Assembly (NCBI GenBank): GCA_963844625.1
Contig: CAWJPF010000020.1
Span: 52,946-116,945 of the forward strand
DNA length: 64,000 nucleotides
Direction: 5' to 3'
Source: an uncultured Actinomycetota bacterium
GTDB lineage: Bacteria; Actinomycetota; Actinomycetes; Streptosporangiales; Streptosporangiaceae
Part shown: positions 1 through 8,115 of the stretch, piece after piece
Numbering within the stretch: position 1 is the first letter of the stretch
Layout of the letters: every line of letters begins with the position of its first letter
Notes under the pieces: generated by a model
What the model saw: only the letters and a program-made list of their open reading frames with translations
Told to the model about the DNA's origin: nothing
Database searches by the model: none
Translations under genes and position numbers: made by a program

Positions 1-27
1 TGCGAGGAGCCTGGCTAGGATGCAGAT

Positions 28-324
28 GTGAGCGCGCTACCCGCCAACTTGGGGCAGGAGGATTCGCTCGATCCTGAGCGCATCCTCCGCGTCTTGCCCG
101 ATCGCGAGCGTGAGACCTTCCTGGCACAATACCGGCGGGCGGTGGACGGTGCGCGCGATCCCGCTGGCTGGAAGCATCTGCAGCGGTTCCTGCGGCTGTG
201 GGCCGGGAGGGCTATCAGAGCAAACCGGCCGGGCTTTTTCGAGGCGCGGGCCCGGGCGCTCGCCGGTACCGGCGAGGGAATGCTGCTCGACGACGCGCTA
301 CGGCACTTCCGCCCGGGCGGGTGA
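28..324 (+). CDS. Small helical protein, DUF6247-like putative type II antitoxin
   Basis: 98-aa ORF with GTG start and GC3-biased codons. The pattern '...ILRVLPDRERETFLAQYRRAVDGA...LQRFLRLWAGRA' resembles ORF 5757..6002. It is followed by a RelE/ParE-like C-terminal remnant. Confidence 0.5.
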   Translation: MSALPANLGQEDSLDPERILRVLPDRERETFLAQYRRAVDGARDPAGWKHLQRFLRLWAGRAIRANRPGFFEARARALAGTGEGMLLDDALRHFRPGG

Positions 325-397
325 ACTACCGGCCCAGTTCACGGTCGATGAGCCTGCGGGACTGGTCCGCATATACGACCTAGTCCGGATCGGCTGA
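325..397 (+). pseudogene. RelE/ParE-family toxin remnant (internally deleted)
   Basis: Directly after the antitoxin stop, only 'VNYR..' and, in another frame, the toxin-like C-terminus '..FTVDEPAGLVRIYDLVRIG*' remain. The body of the gene is missing. Confidence 0.3.
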
Positions 398-532
398 CGG
401 CGGATAGCCCCCGGATTCTGTCCCCAGGCCCGCCGCCCGTGTGGCCACGACCGCCGAGCCGCTCGTCCGGGAGCAGGCCGGGCTCCGATGTTACGCACAG
501 TAGCAAAGTGCAGAGGGATGGGCGCCTCGGCT

Positions 533-552
533 GTGGACCGGTTCGTGGACCG
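533..552. repeat. 20-bp element GTGGACCGGTTCGTGGACCG (GTGGACCG-N4-GTGGACCG), copy 1
   Basis: Exact 20/20 match to 6471..6490, read directly from the sequence. Confidence 0.85.
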
Positions 553-630
553 GCGCTTCAGTTAATCCCAGCGCGGCGAGTGCCATCAGTGCGATAACTC
601 GTGCCATCTGTGCAGCTGCACCCTGGTTTC

Positions 631-648
631 GCGGACCGGTTCGTGGAC
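631..648. repeat. Degenerate copy of the 20-bp element (GCGGACCGGTTCGTGGAC)
   Basis: 17/18 identity to the core of the 20-mer, 98 bp downstream of copy 1. Confidence 0.6.
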
Positions 649-937
649 TGACGTCAGTGCTGCAATGAACCGTCGCGTCATGGCGATTAACCCCGCTGGT
701 TACGTAGAGGAGCTACCGAGCGGATCCTGGCCTGCTCAAGGGCCGGGCGGCCAGCCTGAGTCCGGCGCGATAATCGCCCAGTTGCTCGATCAGTATGCGG
801 GTTCGAGGCGTCTGGAGATTGTTCTTCGGTTCGGCTCGCCAAGGTGATCGTCGAGGGCCGCCGCCAGGACCAGCCAGCACTGGCCCTGTATCTGTGGCTG
901 GCGGCGATCACCGCTTCCTGACTGCCTTTGTTGCCCG

Positions 938-1411
938 CTATGCCTCCAGGCCCCGTGCTAGCCACGCCGGCGTGTCAAGCCGGCCGCCGCTGTTCCCGAC
1001 GAGGTGCCGGAGTGTGGTCTCGACCTGCGACAGGGCGCCTGGGCCGACCTGCTTCTCCCACTGCTCGCGCAGCTTGTCGAAGATCTCCTCGCCTTCGCGC
1101 AGCATCGCAAGTCCGTGGGCGGTGACATACAGGCGCATCCGGCGCTTGTCGGCCGGGTCGGGCTCGCGTGCCACGTAATTGAGTTCTTCCAGGGCGGCGA
1201 TGGTCTTAGCGGCCGCCTGCTTGGTGACTGACATCCGCCGGCCCAGGTCAGAGGCGTTGTCCGCGCCGGACAAGATCGCCTGCAGGGCGAACTCCTGCGC
1301 CGGCCGGATCTCCTCGTACCCGCGCGCGGTGAGTTCGGCGGTCGCCTGGTCAGCCAGGATGCGGAACCCGCCGAGGAGCAGCTGCGCGAGGTCGGCGCCA
1401 GATCGGGACAT
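938..1411 (-). CDS. MarR family transcriptional regulator
   Basis: 157 aa. The winged-HTH region '..NASDLGRRMSVTKQAAAKTIAALEELNYVAREPDPADKRRMRLYVTAHG..' is typical of MarR. It is divergent from a hydrolase gene with palindromic sites in between. Confidence 0.85.
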   Translation of the reverse strand: MSRSGADLAQLLLGGFRILADQATAELTARGYEEIRPAQEFALQAILSGADNASDLGRRMSVTKQAAAKTIAALEELNYVAREPDPADKRRMRLYVTAHGLAMLREGEEIFDKLREQWEKQVGPGALSQVETTLRHLVGNSGGRLDTPAWLARGLEA

Positions 1412-1438
1412 AGGGCAAGTCTATGACGCCAGTTGACA

Positions 1439-1484
1439 TAGACAACCTTGGTTGTCTATTATTTTAGACAACCAAGGTTGTCTA
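1439..1484. promoter_or_regulatory. Twin operator-like inverted repeats in the MarR/hydrolase divergent intergenic region
   Basis: TAGACAACCTTGGTTGTCTA (1439..1458) and its exact reverse complement TAGACAACCAAGGTTGTCTA (1465..1484), separated by TTATTT. Confidence 0.6.
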
Positions 1485-1499
1485 TCGAAGGAGCCTTTC

Positions 1500-2390
1500 A
1501 TGACCGCTATCACGCCAGTCGGCGCGACCATCCCCGGCGTTACCCACCACCTGGCCGACGTCAACGGAGCCCGGCTCCACCACGTGTCCGCTGGCACTAG
1601 TGGCTCCCCGATTCTGCTAGCCCACGGGTGGCCGGAGTCGTGGTGGGCCTTCCGCAAGCTGATCCCGCTGCTGGCGGGGACGCACCGGGTTTTCGCCGTG
1701 GACCTTCGCGGCTTCGGTGACTCCAGCACCGCCGATGGCAGCTACGACGCCGCCATCGCCGCCGAGGACATGCACCACCTGGTGCAGCACCTCGGCGTCG
1801 GCCCGGTCCACTTCTCCTGCCAGGACGCCAGCGGCGGCCCGGGTTTCCGCTTCGCCGCCACACATCCCGATGAAGTTCGCAGCCTCATCGCGATCGAGAC
1901 GACCCTGGCCGGCTACGGGCTCGAGTCCCTCGCCGACGTCGCCCACGGCGGCTCCTGGCACGTCGGGTTCCTCGGCACGCCGGGCATCCCGACGATGCTC
2001 CTCCCCGGCCGCGAACGCGACCTCCTCGGCAGCTGGGCCTACCCCATGATGACCGCGGTCAAGGGCTCCGTCACCGAAGACGACCTCGACGAGATCACCC
2101 GCACCTACGCCCGCCCGGACGGCTGGCGCGGCACCGAAGGCCTCTACCACTCCATTTTCACCGACAACGGCCAGACCAGGGCCCTGGCCGAAAAGCAGCC
2201 GCTGGCTGTCCCCGTCCTCACCGTCGACTCCGTTGGCGCTCCCTTCACCGAGCAGACCTTCCGCCAGGTAACCGCAGGCAAGGTCACCTCGGTGCGACTG
2301 GAGGGAGTCGGGCACCTGGTTGCGCAGGAAGCCCCCGAGGCGCTCTCCGCTGCCATCCTGGAATTCGCGGAGCACGTCGACAACGGCTAG
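1500..2390 (+). CDS. Alpha/beta hydrolase (epoxide hydrolase / haloalkane dehalogenase-like fold)
   Basis: 'HGWPESWWAFRKLIPLLAGTHRVFAVDLRGFGDS' is a HGXP-type oxyanion motif. An ATG at 1500 is preceded by GAAGGAG. The ORF track start at 1452 is probably too early. Confidence 0.8.
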   Translation: MTAITPVGATIPGVTHHLADVNGARLHHVSAGTSGSPILLAHGWPESWWAFRKLIPLLAGTHRVFAVDLRGFGDSSTADGSYDAAIAAEDMHHLVQHLGVGPVHFSCQDASGGPGFRFAATHPDEVRSLIAIETTLAGYGLESLADVAHGGSWHVGFLGTPGIPTMLLPGRERDLLGSWAYPMMTAVKGSVTEDDLDEITRTYARPDGWRGTEGLYHSIFTDNGQTRALAEKQPLAVPVLTVDSVGAPFTEQTFRQVTAGKVTSVRLEGVGHLVAQEAPEALSAAILEFAEHVDNG

Positions 2391-2925
2391 CGATCCAACG
2401 CCATCGACCCGGAGACCTGCGCCTTCGTCCGCGAGCACGTGGACGCCGCTAATACTGGCCTCGCGCGTATCGGCCTCGAGTGCCTGCGGCTGCCTACCTG
2501 TTCTCCAACGACCCGATGCACGCCGCGCAGTGGAATCCCGGCTGCGCCTCGCATAAGGTCGGCGACCTGCCGGCCGCGCGGTATCAAGCTAAACATCAAG
2601 CGCCTGCGGCACTACACCGTCGGCCAGCTCCTCGCGGCCCGGTTCGACCTGCGAAACACCGCGACGCGCCCTCGGCCACAGCGGGGGAGGGCGACAACCT
2701 TGCACCACTACGCCGACCCCGTTTCTGAGGTCGACTGGCGAGCCGCCGCCCTACCTCGCAGCGCTGACTGCCGGACCTAGGCCCACCTGCTAGTACGACA
2801 ACAGCGTGCCGTGATCGGCGTGTCTGCGTGATCGGCTCAGCCGCGGCGGATGGCCCTGTCGTTAATGGCAGGGCCATCCCGCGGCCTGATCGCCGACGAC
2901 AAGGCCAAGGCCGGTGAGCGCCTGG

Positions 2926-3900
2926 TTAGCTGACCCGGATGGGGATGAGGGTGACGTTGTTGAGGATGTCGGGGTCTTTGACGGTGGAGGCGACGGCGGC
3001 GGCGAGCAGTGCCCGGCCCTTGGCCACGGGCGCAGTCAGCGTCACGGTGCAGGTGATCGTCCCGTCGGCGGCCAGGCTGGCATCGGTGAAGGTGATGAGC
3101 TATCTGCCGATCACGGTGCCGCCGCCGGCGCTGGCTACCGCCCGGCCGGGCGGGATCAGCAGCGCTGTGCCGGCCTTGACCGCGGCCGACGGCCCGGCAT
3201 TCGCGACCTTCACCGTCACCGTCACCGCCGCCGACGGGGCGACCTCAGCCGGAGCTGACGCTGAGATGGACAGGTCGGCCCGGGCGGGCCCGGCTGAGGT
3301 GACGGTCAGCGTGAACGCCCAGTTGCCGCTGTCCCCGAACGGATCGGAGTCGGTGCCGGTGAGCTGGTAGACCCCGGCCGGGACGGTCGCGGGCCGGGTG
3401 ATCACCCCGGCCGCGGACACGGTCACCGGGCTGGCCGGGCTGGTGGTGAGGTAGCTGACCGGCCCGGTCGCGCCGGTCACCGCGAGCTGGCCGGTGAACG
3501 CGGTCCCGGTGGTCACCGCCGCGGTCGTCGTCCCGGCCTGGGCCAGGGTGACCGGCTGGTGCTGCAGCCCATAGGCGCCCGCGTCACAGTCAGTGGTCCC
3601 GGCGCCGGGTCGGGCCAGGCCGCGTTCGTCGGTGGCCAGGCACAGGCCGGAAGAGACCGGGACCAGCTGGTAGGCGTCGCTGCTCGTGCCGATGGCCTGG
3701 GTCTGCGGCCCGGCCGAGCCGTTCGCCGCCAGCGCCCCCAGCCCGATCGCAGCCGCACTCGCACCCGACACGCTCGTCGACCCCAGCCCGCACGAATCAT
3801 CCGACGCCACGTTATACCCCGCATCGGTAACACTGCCGAGGATGTTGCCGCAGTTCGCAGCTTGCTGATTCTGCTGATCGCGGGAATATGGACGGCGGGA
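2926..3900 (-). pseudogene. Remnant of a secreted beta-helix / Ig-like (DUF11-type) repeat protein: 5'-truncated and interrupted by an in-frame TAG
   Basis: The frame is open upstream of the first start codon ('..NCGNILGSVTDAGYNVASDDSCGL..'), with no signal peptide or N-terminus. An in-frame TAG sits at 3100..3102. The same frame then continues for 57 codons ('LITFTDASLAADGTITCTVTLT...IPIRVS*') to 2926. Confidence 0.45.
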
Positions 3901-3914
3901 ACGCGGGATCAGTG

Positions 3915-4721
3915 TCAGTTGCCGGGGGCTGTGGCTGGGGGGAAGGGCGTGAGCTTGTCGAGTTCGTGCTCGCGGTGGTCCAGTACCTCGTCCACCGTGC
4001 GCTCCTCATAGCCTCCGTGCCGGGTGACATTGAACGTCACCGCCCGGACATCCGCGGCCGTGATCGCTTGCCCGGGCCGGGCGTTCCCGCTCAGCGTTGC
4101 CTCGATCCGCGCGATGAACTCATCCACCTCGGCGGCGCGGTAGCCCGGCCCTAGCTTGCGGCGGGGGAAACTACCGGCGGTGTATCCCGCCGTGGTGTTC
4201 ACAGACCCGGCGGATGCCCTTGCCTTCAGGATGCAGGCGGCCCGGGTCTGGGCCCGGGTGCGGGCGCGGGCCTCAACGGCGGCCGTCATAGCCTCACCTA
4301 GCCCTTTACCCCACCTGCGGTAGGCGAGCCTGCAGCCGAATGCGATCAGAGAGCCGAGGAGGGTGCCGAGGAGGCAGCCGATCCCCACGGAGACCCACTC
4401 ATGGGGAGTCTTTGCCAAGCGCCAGAGGAAAACCACCAGGCCGGTGATGATCCACGGGCCTGCCGCACGGGCCGTGTGCGCCATCACGCGGCGGGCGCTG
4501 TCGGGAGTCAGGGCCGCCGTTCCCCGGATGGTTCCGGACGCGTAGCGCAGCATGCGGGCGGCGCGGCGCGCAGCCGGCCTGACACCGGGGTCGCCGAGGA
4601 TGGCGGGTAGTTCCGCCACCCATTCCCGGTACCGCTCGTCCCGTGCCCCGGCCGGCAGGTGCCGGCACGCGCGGGCGATCAGGTACTCGCCGATGCGCAG
4701 CAGTCGGCGTTCCCCCCTCAT
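3915..4721 (-). CDS. Membrane protein with C-terminal DivIVA-type domain, PadR-associated
   Basis: Start chosen at 'MRGERRLLRIGEYLIARA', which has an ATGA overlap with the PadR stop. It has two hydrophobic helices ('WIITGLVVFLWRL','VGIGCLLGTLLGSLIAFG'). The C-terminus 'GYRAAEVDEFIARIEATL...GGYEERTVDEVLD' is DivIVA-domain-like. Confidence 0.65.
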   Translation of the reverse strand: MRGERRLLRIGEYLIARACRHLPAGARDERYREWVAELPAILGDPGVRPAARRAARMLRYASGTIRGTAALTPDSARRVMAHTARAAGPWIITGLVVFLWRLAKTPHEWVSVGIGCLLGTLLGSLIAFGCRLAYRRWGKGLGEAMTAAVEARARTRAQTRAACILKARASAGSVNTTAGYTAGSFPRRKLGPGYRAAEVDEFIARIEATLSGNARPGQAITAADVRAVTFNVTRHGGYEERTVDEVLDHREHELDKLTPFPPATAPGN

Positions 4722-5038
4722 CCCGGGATCCCCGGGACCGGGCGGGCCGGGCGGCCCGGGGAACCCCGGCGACCGGCGGAGACCTGCGCGAGTTCCAGCC
4801 GGGCCACCTCGGCGCCTTCGGCGGTCAGCCGGTAGTACTTCCGCGGCCGCTGCCCGTCTTGCTGCGGGGTTTCCCACGCGGAGGTGACCAGCTTCTCGTC
4901 TTCCAGCCGGCCCAGCAGCGGGTACAGGGTGCCGCTTTTCAGCCCCGCTGCCTTCATCAGGTCATACCCGTAGCGCGGGTCTGCGGGGTCTGCCAGGAAC
5001 GCCCGTAGTACCCGCTCCAGCGGCGCCGTCATCTTCAT
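4718..5038 (-). CDS. PadR family transcriptional regulator
   Basis: 'RYGYDLMKAAGLKSGTLYPLLGRLEDEKLVTSAWE...RPRKYYRLTAEG' is the canonical PadR wHTH. Confidence 0.85.
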   Translation of the reverse strand: MKMTAPLERVLRAFLADPADPRYGYDLMKAAGLKSGTLYPLLGRLEDEKLVTSAWETPQQDGQRPRKYYRLTAEGAEVARLELAQVSAGRRGSPGRPARPVPGIPG

Positions 5039-5049
5039 GCCAGAAGTCT

Positions 5050-5480
5050 ACACATGTAGGCTACACGTATCGACTGCTTCCGGGCGCGGGCTTGCGTCAG
5101 CGTGGTAGAGCGGGAGATTTTCAGGATGCGGGCGGCCTGGGTGACGGTGGCTCCCTCGTCGGTCATCCGCTGGAGCTGGCGCAGCCCGGCCTGGCCGACG
5201 GCGCAGGGCCGGCTGATGCGCTTCTTGCCCGGCAGCATCGTCCACTCGACCTGGCGACGCCGGGCGGCGGCGATGCCTCGGCCCGGCGCTCGGCGCGCAG
5301 CTCGAGCTCGTACCCGGCGGCCGCGGCCGGGGGCCTCTGCCACCAGCAGCCGCACCTCTCCGCGGTCAGCCCGCCTAACCTGCGCCAGCACGCCCACGGT
5401 GCCGAACTGCAGCTGCCGTAACCGTACGCTCGGGCAATGGCGCCTACATCGCGTGCGGACAGCATCTTGTTGGAGCGGCC
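5050..5480 (-). pseudogene. Serine recombinase (resolvase/invertase) remnant, frameshifted and N-terminally truncated
   Basis: There is a resolvase-type C-terminal HTH ('GKKRISRPCAVGQAGLRQLQRMTDEGATVTQAARILKISRSTT'). Upstream pieces lie in two frames ('YELELRAERRAE' / 'GRGIAAARRRQ'). No catalytic N-terminal domain is present. Confidence 0.45.
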
Positions 5481-5756
5481 GAGTGTCCCTGCGTGCAGTT
5501 TTGCACACTGCACGTTGCCTGCTGACCACGGCCTGAGGCACTACGCTTCGCGCTTGTCCCATCGTTCGTCCCGTCGGCTGTGTACGCGCGTTTACGTTCA
5601 GACGCGCGCGAAGGGCGGGACGGGACGATCCGCGTATTGAGAAGCATGCCCTCGTGCCGTTACCCACGACTCGCGTGCCGGGAACGTGATGTGACTGCTG
5701 CCTGACGGCGGACGCGCTTATGCTGGCCGAAAGGGCGATCTACAGGAGAGCTGCTG

Positions 5757-6002
5757 ATGACCGGGCCGCATGCCGGGCAACCTCAGGTCCTGCCTCGCCC
5801 GGCCTGCACGCCGACGGCGATCCGGGCCGTGCTGGCCGCCAACGCCGATGGCGACGTCCTCCAGCGGTACGACCAGGATCTGGATGCGGCGTCCGAACAG
5901 GCCCGCGAGCAAGGCGACGTAACACCGCTGGTGCAGACCGTCAAGCGCTGGTGGTTCGAGGCGAACGCCTGGCGTGACCCCAAGCGCAGCGGGAGTACCT
6001 AG
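5757..6002 (+). CDS. DUF6247-like putative antitoxin (second copy)
   Basis: 81 aa. '..AIRAVLAANADGDVLQRYDQDLDAA...LVQTVKRWWFEA' has the same pattern as ORF 28..324. It is followed by a RelE/ParE-like gene. Confidence 0.5.
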   Translation: MTGPHAGQPQVLPRPACTPTAIRAVLAANADGDVLQRYDQDLDAASEQAREQGDVTPLVQTVKRWWFEANAWRDPKRSGST

Positions 6003-6093
6003 CTCGCGTCGACACCTACCGAGACGAGGATCCGCCGCCAGCGGAACAGCGGATGAGCCGGAGGAGATCCGCACCCAGTTCGGCGTCTGACGC

Positions 6094-6358
6094 ATGTACC
6101 GGTGGGAGCTGGATGGCCCGGCTCAGCAGGAGTTCGCCGACCTGCCTCCGGCCGCGCGAGCATCCTGGCGGTATTCATGGAAGCGGTCGTGATCGTGGAT
6201 CCGGCGCAGTACCAGCGCCGCCGCGACGAGCGTGATGACGTCTCTATGCCGCTGCGCTCACTGCAATTCGGGCTGGACGGTGGGGCCTGGTCACGTTCCT
6301 GGCGTATCCGCCTGATGATCTTGTGCTTGTAGTCAAGGTCCAGTGGCTCGGCGGTTAG
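6094..6358 (+). pseudogene. RelE/ParE-family toxin with two frameshifts
   Basis: The toxin-like sequence is spread over three frames. These read 'MYRWELDGPAQQEFADLPPAAR', then 'ILAVFMEAVVIVDPAQYQRRRDE..MPLRSLQFGLDG', then 'GLVTFLAYPPDDLVLVVKVQWLGG*'. Confidence 0.45.
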
Positions 6359-6470
6359 GAACGTTCGGCTCTCTTCGGGCGGCCTTATGCCACCGGGCGC
6401 GGGCATCAGCTGGTCGGCCGGGCGGCGGTAACGTTCTGTAGCTGGCGTCTGGTGATCGCCAGGTTAAGGC

Positions 6471-6490
6471 GTGGACCGGTTCGTGGACCG
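6471..6490. repeat. 20-bp element GTGGACCGGTTCGTGGACCG, copy 3 (exact)
   Basis: Identical to 533..552. ATCTGTGCA follows at +73 nt in both copies. Confidence 0.85.
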
Positions 6491-6577
6491 AGCCACCCGT
6501 GCAAACGGTGCGATTAGCGCCATCGGCAGCACGACTCCGTGGTATCTGTGCACGTAGCGCACCCGGAGCGTCGGGCC

Positions 6578-6624
6578 GGGCTTCTCATATCCGCCGGTCG
6601 TGGGTTCGAGCCCCACCCGCCCCA
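6578..6624 (+). other. tRNA 3'-half-like fragment (T-arm + 3' acceptor strand; possible att-site remnant)
   Basis: GTGGG-TTCGAGC-CCCAC forms a T stem-loop, followed by CCGCCCC-A. Upstream there is a CTCATAT loop-like element. No matching 5' acceptor strand (GGGGCGG) or D-arm is present. Confidence 0.4.
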
Positions 6625-6774
6625 CATACCTTCACCTGCGGAAACCTGTGATTTGGCCCGGCTGGCTAGTCCGGGGAACAGCCGCCGTGGGGAACATACG
6701 GGGAACATCCGTGCCGCTCAGGACCCGGTTCCGGCCCCGCTGACGAGTGCCGTCACCCGAGCGGAAGCAGCCAG

Positions 6775-6975
6775 GTGGGCCTGCCGCTCCGGGTGGTTGT
6801 ACCGCTGGCTCCTCTCCTGGCTAGCTACCTGGACGCCCGGCGCGACGAAATGCAGGCAGGGATGCGCGAGTTGCTCAGCACGCTCGACGGCAGCCGCGCG
6901 GCGCGGATCACCATGCTACCCGGGATGACCCGCGATGAACTCGACTCGGTAGGCGGCGTAGAGGAAGACGCCTGA
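6775..6975 (+). CDS. Hypothetical small protein
   Basis: 66-aa ORF with GTG start, ending 2 nt before the next ATG. No recognisable domain. Confidence 0.25.
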   Translation: MGLPLRVVVPLAPLLASYLDARRDEMQAGMRELLSTLDGSRAARITMLPGMTRDELDSVGGVEEDA

Positions 6976-6977
6976 CG

Positions 6978-7300
6978 ATGGCGGGGCTTGCCAGCCTCAC
7001 GCTGCGCTGCCTACGTGAGGATCTCGCGCTCGCCGTCCCGCGCGCCGACACCTCGCTGGAGGAAATAAGCCACCCGCTCCTGGCTAAGGCCACCGAGCGC
7101 TTCGCCGACGACCAGACGCCGCACGAAGGGATCGCCGCTATTGACGATGAGGTGCTGTTCAAGGTCAAAGCCCAGCGCCGGCGAGGCGCCATCTGGGTCG
7201 ATGCCGGGATCCCGTGGCTGGTGGCCGCCGGGTTGCGGGAAGAGGGATCGCCCGACGATTTCTACGCCTCCCTGGCAGCCCGCGGCAAAGCGGCAAGGCG
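6978..7300 (+). pseudogene. Hypothetical protein, 3' end disrupted at the junction with the ISL3 remnant
   Basis: The N-terminal ~105 aa look protein-like ('..RRRGAIWVDAGIPWLVAAGLREEGSPDDFYASLAARGKAA'). Plausible continuations then switch frame ('RYNAEHSPPLASTTYTADLLP'), and the ORF runs into antisense IS sequence. Confidence 0.35.
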
Positions 7301-7339
7301 CGCTACAACGCCGAGCACTCCCCGCCGCTGGCTAGCACG

Positions 7340-7899
7340 ACCTACACCGCCGACCTGCTGCCCCGGCCGCGACGACGACCTGCGATGGCGCCGGGACGGC
7401 GGTGTCCTGGCGCAGCCGGGCGGTGACCCGGCGCAAGATGCGCAGGCTGCCGCGGTCGCGCAGCTCGGCGTTCAGCCGTTCGGTGCTGCGGACCCCTTTC
7501 GTCCCACCGCTTCCAGCAGCCAGTCCTGGTGCGGGCCGAGCAGGGCCGGCCGGGTCAGGCGGGCGCCGCCGGTGAGCTCATCGGCGGTCGCGGCGGTGGC
7601 GTAGCGGCGGACCGTCTGCCGTCCAGCCGTAAAGTGCGGCTGATCTCGGTTGAGCTCAGGTCGCGGGCTAGCGCGGCGTGGACGTCGGCGTGCCGGGCCC
7701 TGGTCCGTGCGGCCAGGCGTGCCTCAGGAACTGGTGCGGCTTGAGCCGCTGGCGGCGCGGGTTCAGGGTCTGGCGGTGGTTCCTGCAGGCAGGAGCGGTG
7801 CCGGGCGACGGCGCGTTCCACTGCTTCGGCCAGGTTGTGCCACAGGTGCCACCGGTCTGCGACCTGGATGGCCAGCGGCGCGCCCGCAGCGGCGCCATC
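7340..7899 (-). mobile_element. ISL3-family transposase gene, C-terminal part (degenerate, frameshifted)
   Basis: 'DGAAAGAPLAIQVADRWHLWHNLAEAVERAVARHRSCL...' is the ISL3 signature. The downstream part ('..ELTGGARLTRPALLGPHQDWLLEA..AELRDRGSLRILRRVTARLRQDTAVPAP') lies in another frame. The lower boundary is approximate. Confidence 0.7.
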
Positions 7900-8115
7900 T
7901 AATGGCACAGTCAGATATCAGAACTGTCCGAATGCCTGCTGCCGACACGCGCGAATCGGACGATCGGGACGTGTCATGCGTCGCTTAGGCCAGGCTGCCC
8001 GCTGTTCGCATGTGCTCAGGTGTCAAGGGTGCTCAGGTGTCGAGAAAGGGATCCTGGCTACGACCACACCATGAGCACTGATGAACTCAGCTTCGACCAG
8101 AGAGGTCTACCCGTC

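Noticed and set aside
6541-6624. A possible intact tRNA gene.
   Set aside because: Only the T-arm and 3' acceptor strand fold. There is no complementary 5' acceptor strand (GGGGCGG) or D-arm within 90 nt upstream, and the anticodon stem pairs at only 3 of 5 positions. I treat it as a fragment or att remnant.
6775-6975. A possible tyrosine-integrase fragment ('RVVVPLAPLLASYLDAR').
   Set aside because: The resemblance is limited to one short motif, and no R-H-R-Y catalytic residues or surrounding integrase sequence are present. I kept it as a low-confidence hypothetical ORF.
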